Numbered from the stretch's first letter, positions 12,473 through 25,436 are shown. The stretch: 64,000 nt of DNA from Eledone cirrhosa (GCA_964016885.1 OZ024740.1:333994001-334058000); one strand, 5' to 3'. The notes: generated from the letters alone by a model not told the origin. Translations and numbers: made by a program.

Positions 12473-14536
12473 GTTCAAGAGTAACCAATCATAAAGAGAG
12501 AGTTGGAGATAGGAGAAGAGAAGAGAGATTGGTGAATTAGTTAGAAGCCAAAAGCGTAAAGGCATGTGCTCAATGTGCAATATGCAGTGGAAGGCAGCTA
12601 GGTGGCTGGGTTCATGCAGAGGTTAGGTGCACAGAGCTGGAACTATTCATTAGTTAAGCATAACAAGACCACAAATTTCACAAGTAAGACATTATTTAAA
12701 GATTGTCAACATAGTTGTAGTTTAATGTAAGGAATGTAAAGAATAATAATAATAATACTAATAATGTCCGCTACTCCATACAATGTTTCTGGATCAAATG
12801 ATTATAGATCATTATTTATCTGGTTCAGATGAAGATAATTAACTTAGGTAAAAATGGAGCAGTTCATCGGAACTTCAAAAGGAATATAAAATAAGGTAAA
12901 GAAAGATGGTTACATGAATGTAATGACAATATATTGGTATTTCACTGGGTCTCTCTATTGTCTGCTATAGGCGAGCAACATTCTTCTGTCGAAGCTGCAT
13001 TATGCGAGATCTGCTTATAGGTAACAAGATGGCCGCCAAAGGACATATTTATCTTACTAATTAGAGGCTGGTTTCAGAAATTAGAAATTGTAGGTGGTAT
13101 ATAGTTAAGAACTGCTAATGAGTTTAAGTGAGAGACAATGTAAGAGAGGTAACTGATAATTATCTAAGTTAGCTATAACTATTTAACATGTTAGCTATAA
13201 GTAAAAGTGGGATTAGATGACTATGTTGGGTCAAATATTCTGTTGGCGAAAGAATTAGCCCTGCGATGTTGACAGCTAATAGTTACCTCCGTTCTATCAT
13301 TAATCGGTAGAGGTCGTGATAGAGTTATGTAATAGGTTTCGGTAAGATAGAGATCACAAGAGTTTCTTCGTCCATTCAACGGTTGGGCTCTAGCCAAGGT
13401 ATCCTATGTTAGTGAGTGTTCAATGTTGGTTAACTTAAGGTTTTTAATGAGCCTAGCTAGAGATGTTGAACATCTATTGCTAGGGTCTCGGAAGGAAAAT
13501 GAGTGCGCGTTATAGCGTACCTTAAAAGGGTTGCAGGTAGAGCCAATATAGGAGCTGGTATGCGATGCTGTTTTAACTGTGCACCTATAAACTATATTGG
13601 GTGTAAGGCATTGTCCGTTTAGTGGGTATGCAGTAGGGTAACGGCAGTTACAGTTACTGCTGCGGTTAGTGAGAGTAGGGTAGTTTAAACTATGCGGTTG
13701 GTGCGTGGTAGAAGGATTAGATGGAGGAAGAATACTACTAGAGTAAGTATTGGTGTAGTGGCGTGGAGTATTTGAGGGGGGGGGTACCGCCGTGTGGGAG
13801 TTATACTGTCATAGTTTATGTTGGTTACTGAATGCGATGTGGCTAGTTAGGTTAGGTGTTGTGGAGAATGAGATTTTAATGTTGTTTTTATTAAAGATTT
13901 TGTAATATCTATGGTTGGGGGGGGGGGGGGGTAGATGGGATAGAGAAGAAGCGTTTAGAGATATTAGTGGCTAAGTTAGATGAGAATGTGTGGTTAAGCC
14001 AGGTGATATATCTAGGCCTATTCCTTCTATGGGTTCTAGTGGAGTTGGCAGGGGCCTTCATATGGTTATTATTACCTGGGCATTTGTTATTTGTCATCCC
14101 ATTGCTCATTCCAGTTCTAGGGTTGATTTTGAGACTGCTAGTGGGAGAGGGAAGTAGGCCTCTGCCACCATTAAGGTTCACTGTATAGGTGCTGTTACTG
14201 CTAAAATTCCGGCGTATCTGGCTATATGCTAAAGTATTTCTAGTTCTAGTGTTAAGTTTATTATGGCTGTGGTAAAGTGCTGTGTTATGGCATTTAGGTA
14301 TGTAGTAAATGGACTGTTCATAACCAGATTCAGAAAGAGCCTTATTATAATATACCGCATGGTTTATAAATATCTCCTCATTTGCGGATAGCATGGAGAT
14401 CCTATACGAGATAGATTTGATGACTGCTCTGATGACTGCCGGTGGGTGGTTAGAGTGTGGGCTAATATATGTAAGTATTTCATCTGGTTTATGATAAGTG
14501 TAATATAAGTTATTGTTAAGATCTAGGGTAACGTCA
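12470..14536 (-). mobile_element. 5'-truncated Hydra-clade-like PLE; its inverted arm (14537-14581 + 20455-20598) is split by the Tx1 LINE
   Basis: Minus strand: DVTLDL...YHKP...SNHPP...ISMLSANEEIF; CNCRYPTAYPLNGQCLTPNIVY...YIGST; 20500-20598 is the reverse complement of ~12645-12745. Confidence 0.88.
12774..12834 (-). ncRNA. Degenerate type I HHR
   Basis: Minus strand: cttca-tCTGAAcc-..aatgat(ctata)atcatt..-GAAA-cattg-TA-tggag; core damaged. Confidence 0.5.
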
Positions 14537-14546
14537 ATTATTATTA

Positions 14547-14581
<35 letters not shown>

Positions 14582-14790
14582 GGCGACCTACGTAGTAAAT
14601 CGTATCATCGTGAGCTCCGCAAAGGTTTGTTATTTCCGTTTGTTAAAAATTGCCATTTATGGAAAATTTTTATTGTTAACCATATATAAGCGCACATACA
14701 TTGTTTTCCGAAAAGGACACCCAAACAGATTGGGGCCTTGTGCCCAAAAATTTAAACTTTTATTATTATCAAAAATTTCTTTGAAAGAAA

Positions 14791-16758
14791 ATGGCTAATT
14801 CACCTCTGCACCAAGCAGCTGAAAGCCTTCCACACAAATTAACACCTCACACCGACACCACCATTGTAAATGTTACTACGTTTGCCAACACTACAAAAAA
14901 TATAAGCAGTAGCAATATTTTAAATTTGTCTCAGGCAGACATTCATTTCCCGCCATTACCAATGACTGCAGATGTTAAAGCCTCCACCACCACCACCGCG
15001 ACAACCCCCACCCCCACCACCACCGCAACAACAGAAACAAAAGAAGAAAAAAATAAATTAACTCGTGATGTCGAAATGAAATCAAGCAAAATGGACTCTT
15101 CCCCACCAAAGACGACTGACGTCACCACCACCACAACTGAAACTAAAATTAATATTAACACAAATAACGATAGTAACAACAACAACAATGACATTATAAA
15201 AACCATCCTCAGTTTCGCCAGAATAGCAAAACAGTTCGAAGCATTTACGGTAACTCAGGAGGATTTAGAAAATGCCAAACAAATGGTAAAGAAAGATGGG
15301 TACAGGGTCAGCCTCCCCCCCACCTAATAAAATGGAACGTCGGCGCCTATGCACCGTGTCGTATCGAACAATAAATGTAAAATCGCGCCGAGTGGAACGG
15401 GCATCCGAGTCCCAAATCCAAAAACCTTTGGGACATGTGTGGGCAAGAAAAACCCACATCAGAGGGGCAAAAGTATGGAACCGTGGACGTGTTCTTTGAA
15501 ACACCAGAGGAGGCTAGAGAACACTCCATGGCCCCATTAAGAAGTGACGACTTCACACTCGTCCCAAGCTATTGTGGCCAGAGACTCGTAAAGATCAGGG
15601 TGACCCACGTTCCACCGGCCATCGAAATTCCCTGGCTAATAGCGGCCGTCCTCGCCGGCATCGAAGCCAATACAAAAATAATAGCAATAGCAAAAGAAAA
15701 GCAGGAGAACTGGTCCGGATCTGGGATGGAGCTCCTGATCCAAGCGGACCAAAAAAGCATTGAGGAGATCCCAGAGGTAATAGACCTCACTGACGGCAGC
15801 CACCTCACGGTAATTGTCGAGGGCAGAAGACCTAGGTGTGTCGTTTGTGGTGAAGGAACCCACCTAAGGGCTTTCTGCCCTCAGGCTAAAAGGTTGAGGC
15901 CACCTCTCCTACCCACCCCAGTGACACACCATCAACACCACCAGTAGCAGAGATGGCAGCAACAACTGTAGCAGCAACAACCCCAGCAACAGTAGCAAAA
16001 CCAACACCACCACCACCACCAGCAAAACCAACACCACCACCACCCAACACTTCAGAACTAGCACCAGCGCCTACACCATCCACCACGCCACAACCAAAAC
16101 TAACGCCTGTGGAGGATTTTCCACTCCCTGGCCTATCACAACTGTAGACAGATTGTGACGACGAGGAGTGGGAAACGATATCCGGAAAAAAAAAAGAAAC
16201 AAAAAAAGAAAAAATTCTCTTCCTTCCCCCTCCAAAAACAAAATACAGAGGGAAACAAATAAATTAAGAAACAAAAAAGTTAGGACAGATATGCCACCAT
16301 CCACACCAGCATCACCAACCCCATCAATCCAAACACCAACACCATCACCATCACCATCATTAACCCCAACACCACCATCACCTACACCACAAAAGTCACC
16401 AAAATGCGAAACAGAAACAAACCCACAACAAACGCAATCAAAACAAAACAACCAAAACGATACACACTACACAGCATTAAATTTGAACAACAAGCAATTA
16501 TTACACTACATCCAACACAACACCAGCATCACAGAAAAAGACTACACAACAACCCCAAAATTCACACCAACTCCACACATACAAATCACTCGCATCACAC
16601 AGAAAACGTACATGACACTAAAACAAAAATTCCACAAAGACATCGGAGACTTCCGACAAGCACTCTCCAGGAGGATTTATAAGGACATCCTTCCTGAGGA
16701 GGCCACAAGCAGTGAAAAGGATGCAAAAACCGTCCTTCCCCTACGAGAAGTAAGGTAA
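14791..16758 (+). pseudogene. LINE ORF1 (gag-like, CCHC knuckle, Pro/Thr-rich), frameshifted
   Basis: Consecutive ORF pieces 14791-15327, 15296-15499, 15435-15947, 15953-16147 and 16168-16758; CVVCGEGTHLRAFC = CX2CX4HX4C. Confidence 0.82.
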
Positions 16759-16792
16759 GTGGTCTTTCCCATCTTTTCCACTCCTTTTCAAC

Positions 16793-19700
16793 ATGACCTC
16801 ACTCAGAATAGGCAGCATAAATGCGCGTGGCTTGGGGTCGTCATGGAAGCAGGGCCACCTGCTCAACGACCTCAGGTCACTAAACATAGATGTAGTGGCC
16901 ATCAGCGAGACCAGAATCTCTGAAACACAGGCTTTCGCACCGATCTTCGGCGGCTACGATGTATACGCATCTCCCAGCCGTCCGGGATCGGGGGGAGGAG
17001 TTGCTGTGCTTTTTCGGAGAGGTTTGGATCTTGCCATACGGGCCATCTTCCTGGACCCAGAAGGTAAGTTGGTGGTGCTGGACGTGACCAGCGGAGACGG
17101 GCCAGCTTTCAGGTTAGTGGCCGTCTATGCCCCGACAGGAGCAGGGCGGCCTGATTTCTTCCGGCGTCTGGAGTCTTTTCTTGGAACGTCCCGCTCTTTA
17201 GTGTTAGTGGGAGACTGGAACGGGATCTTAGATGCACGCTGGGATTGTGTGGGATTAGTGGATACGGAAGGAGGGTGCAAGAGTCTCACCAACCTGCTCA
17301 GACGTTTTGAACTGTCTGACAGGTACCGAATGGATTTCCCGAATGTACCAATGTGGACTTGGACAAATCGCATAGGGTCATCCAGATCATATCTAGATAG
17401 ATTATTTTGTAGGGAAATAGATATGTCTAGCATAGGCTGTCCACAATTCAAGATAGTCAGCTACACGGACCACAAATTCGTGATCTGTGTGCTTGACTTA
17501 GATAGGCTTCATAGACGATGACCCGGCTACTGGAAGCTAAACGCGCCCTTACCAGCGCGCAAGGCCTACAGAGACCGGATTAGCGAACTAGTTAAGCGGG
17601 CGTTGACGGGGGACATCGTCAACAACAGGTGGTGGTTTGCTCTGAAAACAGCAATTAGAATAGAGTCCATTAGGTTTAGTAAGACTTTAGCAATAGAGAA
17701 AAATAGAGCAGAGGGAGAATTAGTTAGAAAATTAGATGAGGCGCTTAGCAAAGGCATCGCGACCGACGTACTTGCGGCGAAATTGGCCCTTGACCAATTC
17801 TTCAATTCAAAGCACGAAGGCTGCGTTGTTAGAGCTAGGGTGCGTGCTCTCAGACACGAGGGGACGAAAGCCGTTCAATGGGCCCGAGTGGCGGAGGCGC
17901 GTCGTGGCAACAAAGCCACGATCCGGTCTTTGGTGGACCACGACGGGCGCATGCTACTCGATCCCGGGCAAATGTGTGAAGCTTTTCAGCGACACTTCGC
18001 TCAACTGTTCGGGGGCAGTGGCGGGCCGGATCGAGGGATGGACTTTAGTGTCTACCTCGACGGACTGCCGCGGCTTTCGGCCACTGAGGCGGATTGTTGC
18101 GAAAAGCCAATAACAACCGCTGAAGTACGTGATGCAATGACTAGTTGCACAAGGGGTAAATCGCCTGGTTTGGATGGTCTGCCCTATGAACTTTACGTAC
18201 AAATGCCAAATTTTTCGGAGGCCTCTTGGCGGACGTCTTGTGCAACTGGCAACAGAACGGGAGAATTCTCAGCTCTGTGAGCCGAGGAGCGGTGGCGCTG
18301 CTGAGAAAGGATCCGAACAAGGGGGATAACATAGATAATTTTAGGCCCATAACACTGCTAAACACAGAGTTCAAGATTTTGGCCAAGGTGCTAGCAAAGA
18401 GGTTGGCGCTTGTCGTTGGTGGTCTGGTGGGAGAGGCACAGACATGCGCCATTCCCGACAGATCCATCCACGACAACCTCCACCTCATGCGATACATCGT
18501 AGAGAGGGTAGCTAGGGAACCTGGCACGGGTGGGTCTTTGATCAACTTATATCAGTCGAAAGCCTTCGATAGGGTCGACCATCGTTACCTAGCGGCAGTC
18601 CTGAGGGCGGCTGGCTTTGGGCCCGTCTTCAGAGGCTGGATCGCTGCCATGCACAGCGACATTTGCTCTGTAGTGAGAGTGAACGGTCACCTTTCGGAAC
18701 CGTTCAACATCATGCGCTCGGTCCGCCAAGGATGTCCCCTCTCGTCCCTATTGTACGTATTGACTCTCGAGCCATTACTGCACAAACTGGAGACGTTGAG
18801 GGGATCCCGCGCGAACTAGGAAGCGGAAGATCCGTGTCAGCATATGCCGACGATGTCACCGTAGTGGTGTCGAACGCCAAACATATCGAGGCGATCGGCA
18901 CTACACTAAGAGAATACGAAGCGGTGACAGGAGCAATGATCAACCAGAAAAAGTCAGTGGGCCTGCAGCTCGGCTCCTGGAGAGGCAGGTCCATGCCGTC
19001 CAACAGCGTCATCGGGCGCTGGACGGACGGACCGGTTAAATTGCTAGGGGTCTGGTTCGGTCCAGACCTCCAGACGGACAAAAACTCGGACAAGGTGACG
19101 AGCAGGGTGGCTTCTCTCACCCAGAAATGGGCCGAGAGGAAGCTATCCCTGAAAGGTCGAGCGGAGGTGGCGAATGCGTACATCGCATCCGTCATCTACT
19201 ACCGGCTGACCGTCGTACCTTGTCCTAAGCCCCGCCTGACTGCGCTGGAGCGTTTGCTCGTTCGCTTCTTGTGGAAGGGACGCGCTCCGATGGTCAGGCG
19301 GTCCATCTGCTGTCAACACCCGCTACGTGGAGGGCTGGGCATGTCGTGGCTGATGATGCGCAGACACGCGCTCAGGCTACGACATCTCCACCTCTTCCTC
19401 GACGGTGATCAGGTGTGGTCGCCGTTTGCTAGACACGTTTTTCCCCAGCTCGTCTCCTTGACGGAGCTGCAGTCCTGGGTCAAGCGAAGACCGAGAGAGA
19501 GCGCTTGGAGACTGGAATGTCTTCAGGCGCTCACAGCCCTCGACCAATCGGGCAATGTGATCGGTGGAAACTCCACCTTGGCGTTCTATAGGGGATTAGT
19601 GGAGGGGAAGAGCGACGACGTACTTGGAGAAACTCTAGGCGTCGACGAAAGTCAACTAGCCAATCTCTTCGGAAGGACTTTCGGGCCGGGGCTTATGAAC

Positions 19701-20210
19701 AACTTCCAGAAATCCCTGGCCTGGCAGTGCTACCGAGGAGCTTTGCCAGTTCGGGATAAACTCTACAGGCATGGAGGTGCCGTCAGTCGGGCATGTCCGA
19801 GATGCGCGCAGGGCGACGAAACCGTCCTGCACGCACTCGTCCAGTGTCCGAGCATTGCTGGCTTGTGGGTTTATGTCGAACACCTGCTGTCACGTGTAGG
19901 ACGGATCCAGCTATCAGCTGAGTCCATCGTGAGGATTGCCCCGCCCCCTTCCTTTAGCCGGGAAGGGCAGGCAGTTTTTATCTGTCTGGTGGCCATGGCG
20001 AAAGAGATAGTATGGTGGACACGTTTGAAAGGGCTGAAGACGAGCACTTACCTCTTCGGTGATGCCCTGATTAACTTTTTCAAATTTCATTTGAAAAGGA
20101 AAATCAGGGTAGAGAGGGAAGTGCTCTCTTCCCAGCATTTTGTTGAAAGATGGGTGAGAGAAGCAAGTATGGCCCGAATGAATGGGCCTTCTCTGAGTAT
20201 GTGTCTGTAA
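16793..20210 (+). pseudogene. LINE ORF2 (AP endonuclease + reverse transcriptase), about 3 disruptions
   Basis: SINARG, ISET, VYAP, GDWN, YLDR, TDH (APE); KSPGLDGLP, FRPITLLN, KAFDRV, RQGCPLS, AYADDV (RT); CPRC...ETVLHALVQC; breaks near 17519, 18210 and 18800. Confidence 0.93.
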
Positions 20211-20470
20211 ATTAAAGGTGGAAAATTAGGAGAGGGCACTTGCCCTGGTGGTCAGGGCCACTGTGGTCTTTTAATGGGCTTTCTCCACAAATGTCCCTCG
20301 GAAGTCTCCCCCCTATCGGGGAATTTTTCTTTGTTATTTTATTTCAACCTCTGTTTTTTTTACACGCAGAAATGCCCATTTGTACCGTCCTGTATTGTCC
20401 TGTACTGTCCTTAATGTCTACTTTATGTAAACCCTTGTGGTTAATAAAGAAAACATTATTATTATTATTA

Positions 20471-20503
<33 letters not shown>

Positions 20504-20594
20504 TTTACATTCCTTACATTAAACAACAACTATGTTGACAATCTTTAAATAATGTCTTCCTTGTGAAATTCGTGGTCTTGTTTTGCTTAACTAA

Positions 20595-20665
<71 letters not shown>

Positions 20666-20728
20666 CGTAAAATAAGAACATTTTTTTAAAAAATAAAAAA
20701 AAAATTAACTTACTTACTTAAATTTTCA

Positions 20729-20808
20729 CTCCAACTAATTAGTTTCTGCAATGGGATAAAGACAGTTACGTAATGAACTGTTGAGAATTTCATTGCGTCA
20801 TCAGGGAG
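20729..20808 (-). ncRNA. Type I HHR with extended stem II loop
   Basis: Minus strand: ctcc-CTGATGA-c-gcaatg(loop containing hairpin acagtt/aactgt)cattgc-a-GAAA-ctaattag-TT-ggag. Confidence 0.85.
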
Positions 20809-21281
20809 ATCATTCTCAGCCAAGTCTCCAGGCAATGCGTGGACACTGGGGACTCATATAAAAATAATAATAATTCGGTAAATGGAACAGCTATCGAGGA
20901 CTGGATTCCAGGTACTGAAAATTCTCACTGCCACTGGTCATATGGCCGATTCTAAAGAATCAATAACGTGACACAGAGGCTAGTCTGTAGGAATTGGATG
21001 GTAAGATGACAGACGCCTACTAACACCCCCAAAAAAAATTTAGAAGTGGTTTTGGCAGGTTTGCTCGACAAATCAGTGATTTGGAGATAAATATAGATAA
21101 TTTAATATATCTACTAACATAAGCGCACAGATTTACGCTAATGCCAGCAAATACACAGGTTATGTCATAGTACCTAGGTGGTTCAATGCAGGAGGATGCA
21201 GAACAATAATATAAAAGACGTAAAATAAGAAAATTAAAAAAAAATTTTTTTTTAAAATTAACTTACTTACTTAAATTTTCA

Positions 21282-21361
21282 CTCCAACTAATTAGTTTCT
21301 GCAAAGGGATAAAGACAGTTACGTAATGAACTGTTGAGAATTTCATTGCGTAATCAGGGAG
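21282..21361 (-). ncRNA. Second HHR of the dimer, core mutated (CTGATTA)
   Basis: Same fold as 20729-20808 with G8-to-U and one stem II mismatch. Confidence 0.7.
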
Positions 21362-21815
21362 ATCATTCTCAGCCAAGTCTCCAGGCAATGCGCGGACACT
21401 GGGGACTCATATAAAAATAATAATAATTCGGTAAATGGAACAGCTATCGAGGACTGGATTCCAGGTACTGAAAATTCTCACTGCCACTGGTCATATGGCC
21501 GATTCTAAAGAATCAATCACGTGACACAGAGGCTAGTCAGTAGGAATGGGATGGTAAGATGACAGACGCCTACTAACACCCCCCAAAAAAATTTAGAAGT
21601 GGTTTTGCAGGTTTGCTCGACAAATCAGTGATTTGGAGATAAATATAGATAATTTAATATATCTACTAACATAAGCGCACAGATGTACGCTAATGCCAGC
21701 AAATACACAGGTTATGTCATAGTACCTAGGTGGTTCAATGCAGGAGGATGCAGAACAATAATATAAAAGACGTATATATATATATATATATAAACTTTAA
21801 TCTGTTATTTTAATA

Positions 21816-21914
<99 letters not shown>

Positions 21915-23308
21915 TGGTAAAAGTAAAAGAAAATGCTGACAAATTGTTCCCAGTGAAAAATAGTTTAAATAGGAATAAGTAAAAATTAGAAATAAGGATT
22001 GGTTATTATTCAGTTTTGGTTTTAAGTTTTACCGATTGCGCATTTCTAATGCTTTTCAAAAATAATTTTGAGATAGAGCGCCCTTGATGTTTGCTCTAAT
22101 CTGATTAGTTTTGGAAATTCTACCTGTTTTATGTGAAAAAAGTGGCTCCAGATGTATCAAAATAAGTTTCGCGCCAATTCGTGTTGCACAAATTCTTGTG
22201 GTCAAAACAATTATGATTGGTCTGTAGAGGTCATGTGAATGTTAAAAATTGATTTTGCGCCAAATGTAGGTATATATATATATATATATATATGCGTTGT
22301 AGCTCCCATAAGCCTAGGTTAATATTCAATGAATCCACTCAACGTTGCAAAAAGTAGATCACATATATATATGCATACATATATTATCTACTTTCTGAAT
22401 GTCTGTTTGTGTGCATGCCCGTTTCTCATCCCACTCTATTATTTTGTGTATCAAATTATATTTTTCCTGTCTGAACCACTTCAGACACTATTATTTTTCT
22501 CCTCCCATTACTCAATTCTGTTTATATTTCATTTACTCTTTCTCCTCTCGCCTCCCTCTCGCACCCATGTATCTCTATATCTCCCCCCCCCCCTCTCTCT
22601 TGATATTTATTTCTCTGTTACATCATCCATCATTCTCACTCTTTTTCTGTTGCTCAGACAGCTCTGCTGTTGCCATAACGCTAGTTATGTCCTTCTATCG
22701 CAAAATATTTGTTTTACCTTTTTTATCTTCTCTTAGACTCTCTACCCTCAATTTTTCCCCTTTATTTTCACCCACTCTCTCTTACACTCTCACTTCACTC
22801 ACCAACGCTCTCCGAGTTTCACTCTTCCTCTCTCCTTACCTTTTCTCTCTTTCTCAATATTTGGGAAATGTCATATAATTCACAGTTTTTATTGAAAAAA
22901 TTAATGTACATCAAACGTTATTTCATTAAACGAAGAAAGAGTGACAATTTGTGTGGATTTATATATATGAAATACCAAACATTCTTACATACGGACACAC
23001 AATCAGAAACACGCGCTTCTATATAAATATATATGTATATATAAATTCGCACAAATTGTCACTGTGTATATATATATATGTATATATATATTTATTTCGT
23101 TTCTGAATTTGTTTAGCAAGATTCTTTATCTGAAAACGTGTGTTGAAACCGATATTGTTATACTTTGGGAGGGTCATGTTGCCAATAAGAAACACACCCA
23201 CCAGTTTCTATCACTCCAATGTATTATAAATTAAATTTATAAATTTGAGAATTTATAAATTTCCGGTTGTTTGGTTGGTTAAACAACCGGACGGTTGTTC
23301 ATATATTG

Positions 23309-23349
23309 TCAAAGTTCTTTCGTCACACATTCTGTGATCTCTTCAGTGA
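23309..23349 (-). ncRNA. Minimal type I HHR
   Basis: Minus strand: tca-CTGAAGA-gatcaca(gaatg)tgtgac-GAAA-gaac-TT-tga. Confidence 0.75.
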
Positions 23350-24100
23350 GTGGGGATTCTTTTGTTTGTCTTGTGCCTCTCCTTTGTTCTGTCCTACGCC
23401 ATCTTGTTTTTGTGTGAGTTGTGTGCTTAGTTTGCGCATGTGTTACATCCGGGTATCTGTGTGTGTTTTTATTTGATTATTTATTTGTTTATTTACATGT
23501 TACTGGTTGGTTGTTCGTTCCATGTGTGTGTGTGTTTTCATTTTGTCCTTAATTGTAAGTTGTGATGTTGCTATTCCATTCATGTTTTCTATTTAATTTT
23601 GGTTGGAGTTCATTTATGTTTATTGCCTCTGTGATTTGTCTAAACATTGCGTCTTTTCTGTGTGTAGACTTTATTTATTTCCATCTTCTCTAATTTGCCC
23701 TTATGTTCTATTTTAGCATGTTGGTGGAGCACCGATGACCCCCCTATCCCGAAGCTCCCGCCAGTACCCACCTAACCGCTCTCCTACACCACGAGCCGCC
23801 ACACCCATGCCCACCACACTCCTATCCCCACATTGTCCTTCAGTACATCTCACGCCATATACCATGTTTCTAGTTTTAAAGCCAACATGGTGCCCTAGCT
23901 TACAGACCACTCATCTTTCATGTACACAGGGAGGCCTCCGAAAAGGGCATGTATCACCAATAAGTGTCCCCATGGAGGCACCTGGTCTGACCAGTATCTC
24001 TTTATTAAGTTGAAGTTCATCCAGGGCCCCTCCAAACCTGTAAGCCAATTCACCTCCAGGAGGTGCACCCACGAACACCACACTCCGGCACCTACTCCTA

Positions 24101-24139
24101 CACTGAAGAGGTCAGAGAATGTGTGACGAAAGAACTTTG
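24101..24139 (+). ncRNA. Minimal type I HHR at the start of the inverted arm
   Basis: ca-CTGAAGA-ggtca(gagaatgtg)tgac-GAAA-gaac-TT-tg; stem I truncated. Confidence 0.7.
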
Positions 24140-24288
24140 ACAATATATGAACAACCGTCCGGTTGTGGAACCAACCAACTAACCGGAAATTTATAAATTC
24201 TCAAATTTATAAATTTAATTTATAATACATTGGAGTGAAAACACTGGTGCGTGTGTTTCTTATTGGCAACATGACCCTCCAAAAGTAA

Positions 24289-24360
<72 letters not shown>

Positions 24361-24488
24361 TGAAAGAGCGAGGGAAAGAGGTGAGGGAGTGAGAAAGATA
24401 TACAATCCTGACCATGGTGCCAAGAGGGCTCGGCTTGTGCGTTAGGTAAACGGTCACTCGGTATATATATATTTATATGCCCGCGTGT

Positions 24489-24520
<32 letters not shown>

Positions 24521-25220
24521 GAGTTTGCATAGCTCTATGTCGGTACATGATACGTGCTTGTGAATGTGTAAAGGGAGAAACGTACATAGATATCGACATA
24601 CATATTCAGCTCCTTATTTGACATTACATTTTCCAAAGAGAAATATTTACGTGTATCGCAGATTTTGTAGACTCCCTATGCTTTCTGACTAGTAAGCTTT
24701 TAAGAATTAGCATTTCTTGAAGATATATGAAATATATATACATTTTAATTTCTTAGGCGGAAACAGAAATACAACAATACTAGACCTTACCTCACTCACA
24801 TTTACGAAATATATAAGGTAAATTTTGCAAAGAAAATTGTCTAAACTACCCTTTGCCATGGTCAGTTTTTACCAGTTTAAAGTTGTCAGATTATTTCCAA
24901 TCTTAGGAATGTGATCACAGGATAGGCACATTTTCACATTTCATCTCCGATTCCTATTCCGCCTATTTTTTACATTATCTCTGTTATCCAACTGCCAACA
25001 TTATCATTGGACGTGCATTGATACAAATTAATGCCCTGTATTCTTCAACTCATACAAATGTTATTCCTTAGAAATCCCGACTACTAACCCCTATTGATGA
25101 GATATTTGTTAATTTAAGTCTTCTGAAGAAGTCAAGGTATTAATTGTCATTGAAAGATATTAAAAGCGGAAAATACTGGCTGCGACGCAAAAGACATTTC
25201 GACATTAATTGGCAGATTTT

Positions 25221-25272
<52 letters not shown>

Positions 25273-25306
25273 GTGTGCGTATGTGTGTGTGTGTGAGTGC
25301 ATGAGC

Positions 25307-25436
<130 letters not shown>

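Larger units (their letters stand above)
14582..20454 (+). mobile_element. Full-length Tx1/L1-group non-LTR retrotransposon inserted in (ATT)n
   Basis: 5' UTR, ORF1, ORF2 (APE-RT-zinc motif), 3' UTR with AATAAA at 20443 and no poly(A); (ATT)n tracts at 14538-14581 and 20455-20502. Confidence 0.93.
20657..21774 (-). mobile_element. Tandem dimer of a 553-bp non-coding HHR unit (retrozyme-like)
   Basis: ataaaagacgta at 20658, 21211 and 21763 (periods 553/552); units nearly identical; one HHR per unit; (TA)n on both sides. Confidence 0.85.
23095..24291 (-). mobile_element. Decayed Neptune-like PLE 3' part (family E) with inverted arm 24101-24291
   Basis: Minus strand FKTRNMVYGVRCTEGQC...ERL is a degenerate GIY-YIG; arms 23160-23348 and 24101-24291 are inverted copies. 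Confidence 0.72.

Noticed and set aside
15314-15320. Programmed frameshift in LINE ORF1
   Set aside because: The break lies in a C homopolymer and the element has many other lesions; mutation or sequencing error is more likely.
20657-21774. CRISPR array or LTR pair
   Set aside because: Contiguous full-unit duplication with no spacers, cas genes, TG..CA ends or primer-binding site.
21930-21972. HHR candidate CTGACAA-attg(ttcc)cagt-GAAA
   Set aside because: Core mutated and no stem I complementarity.
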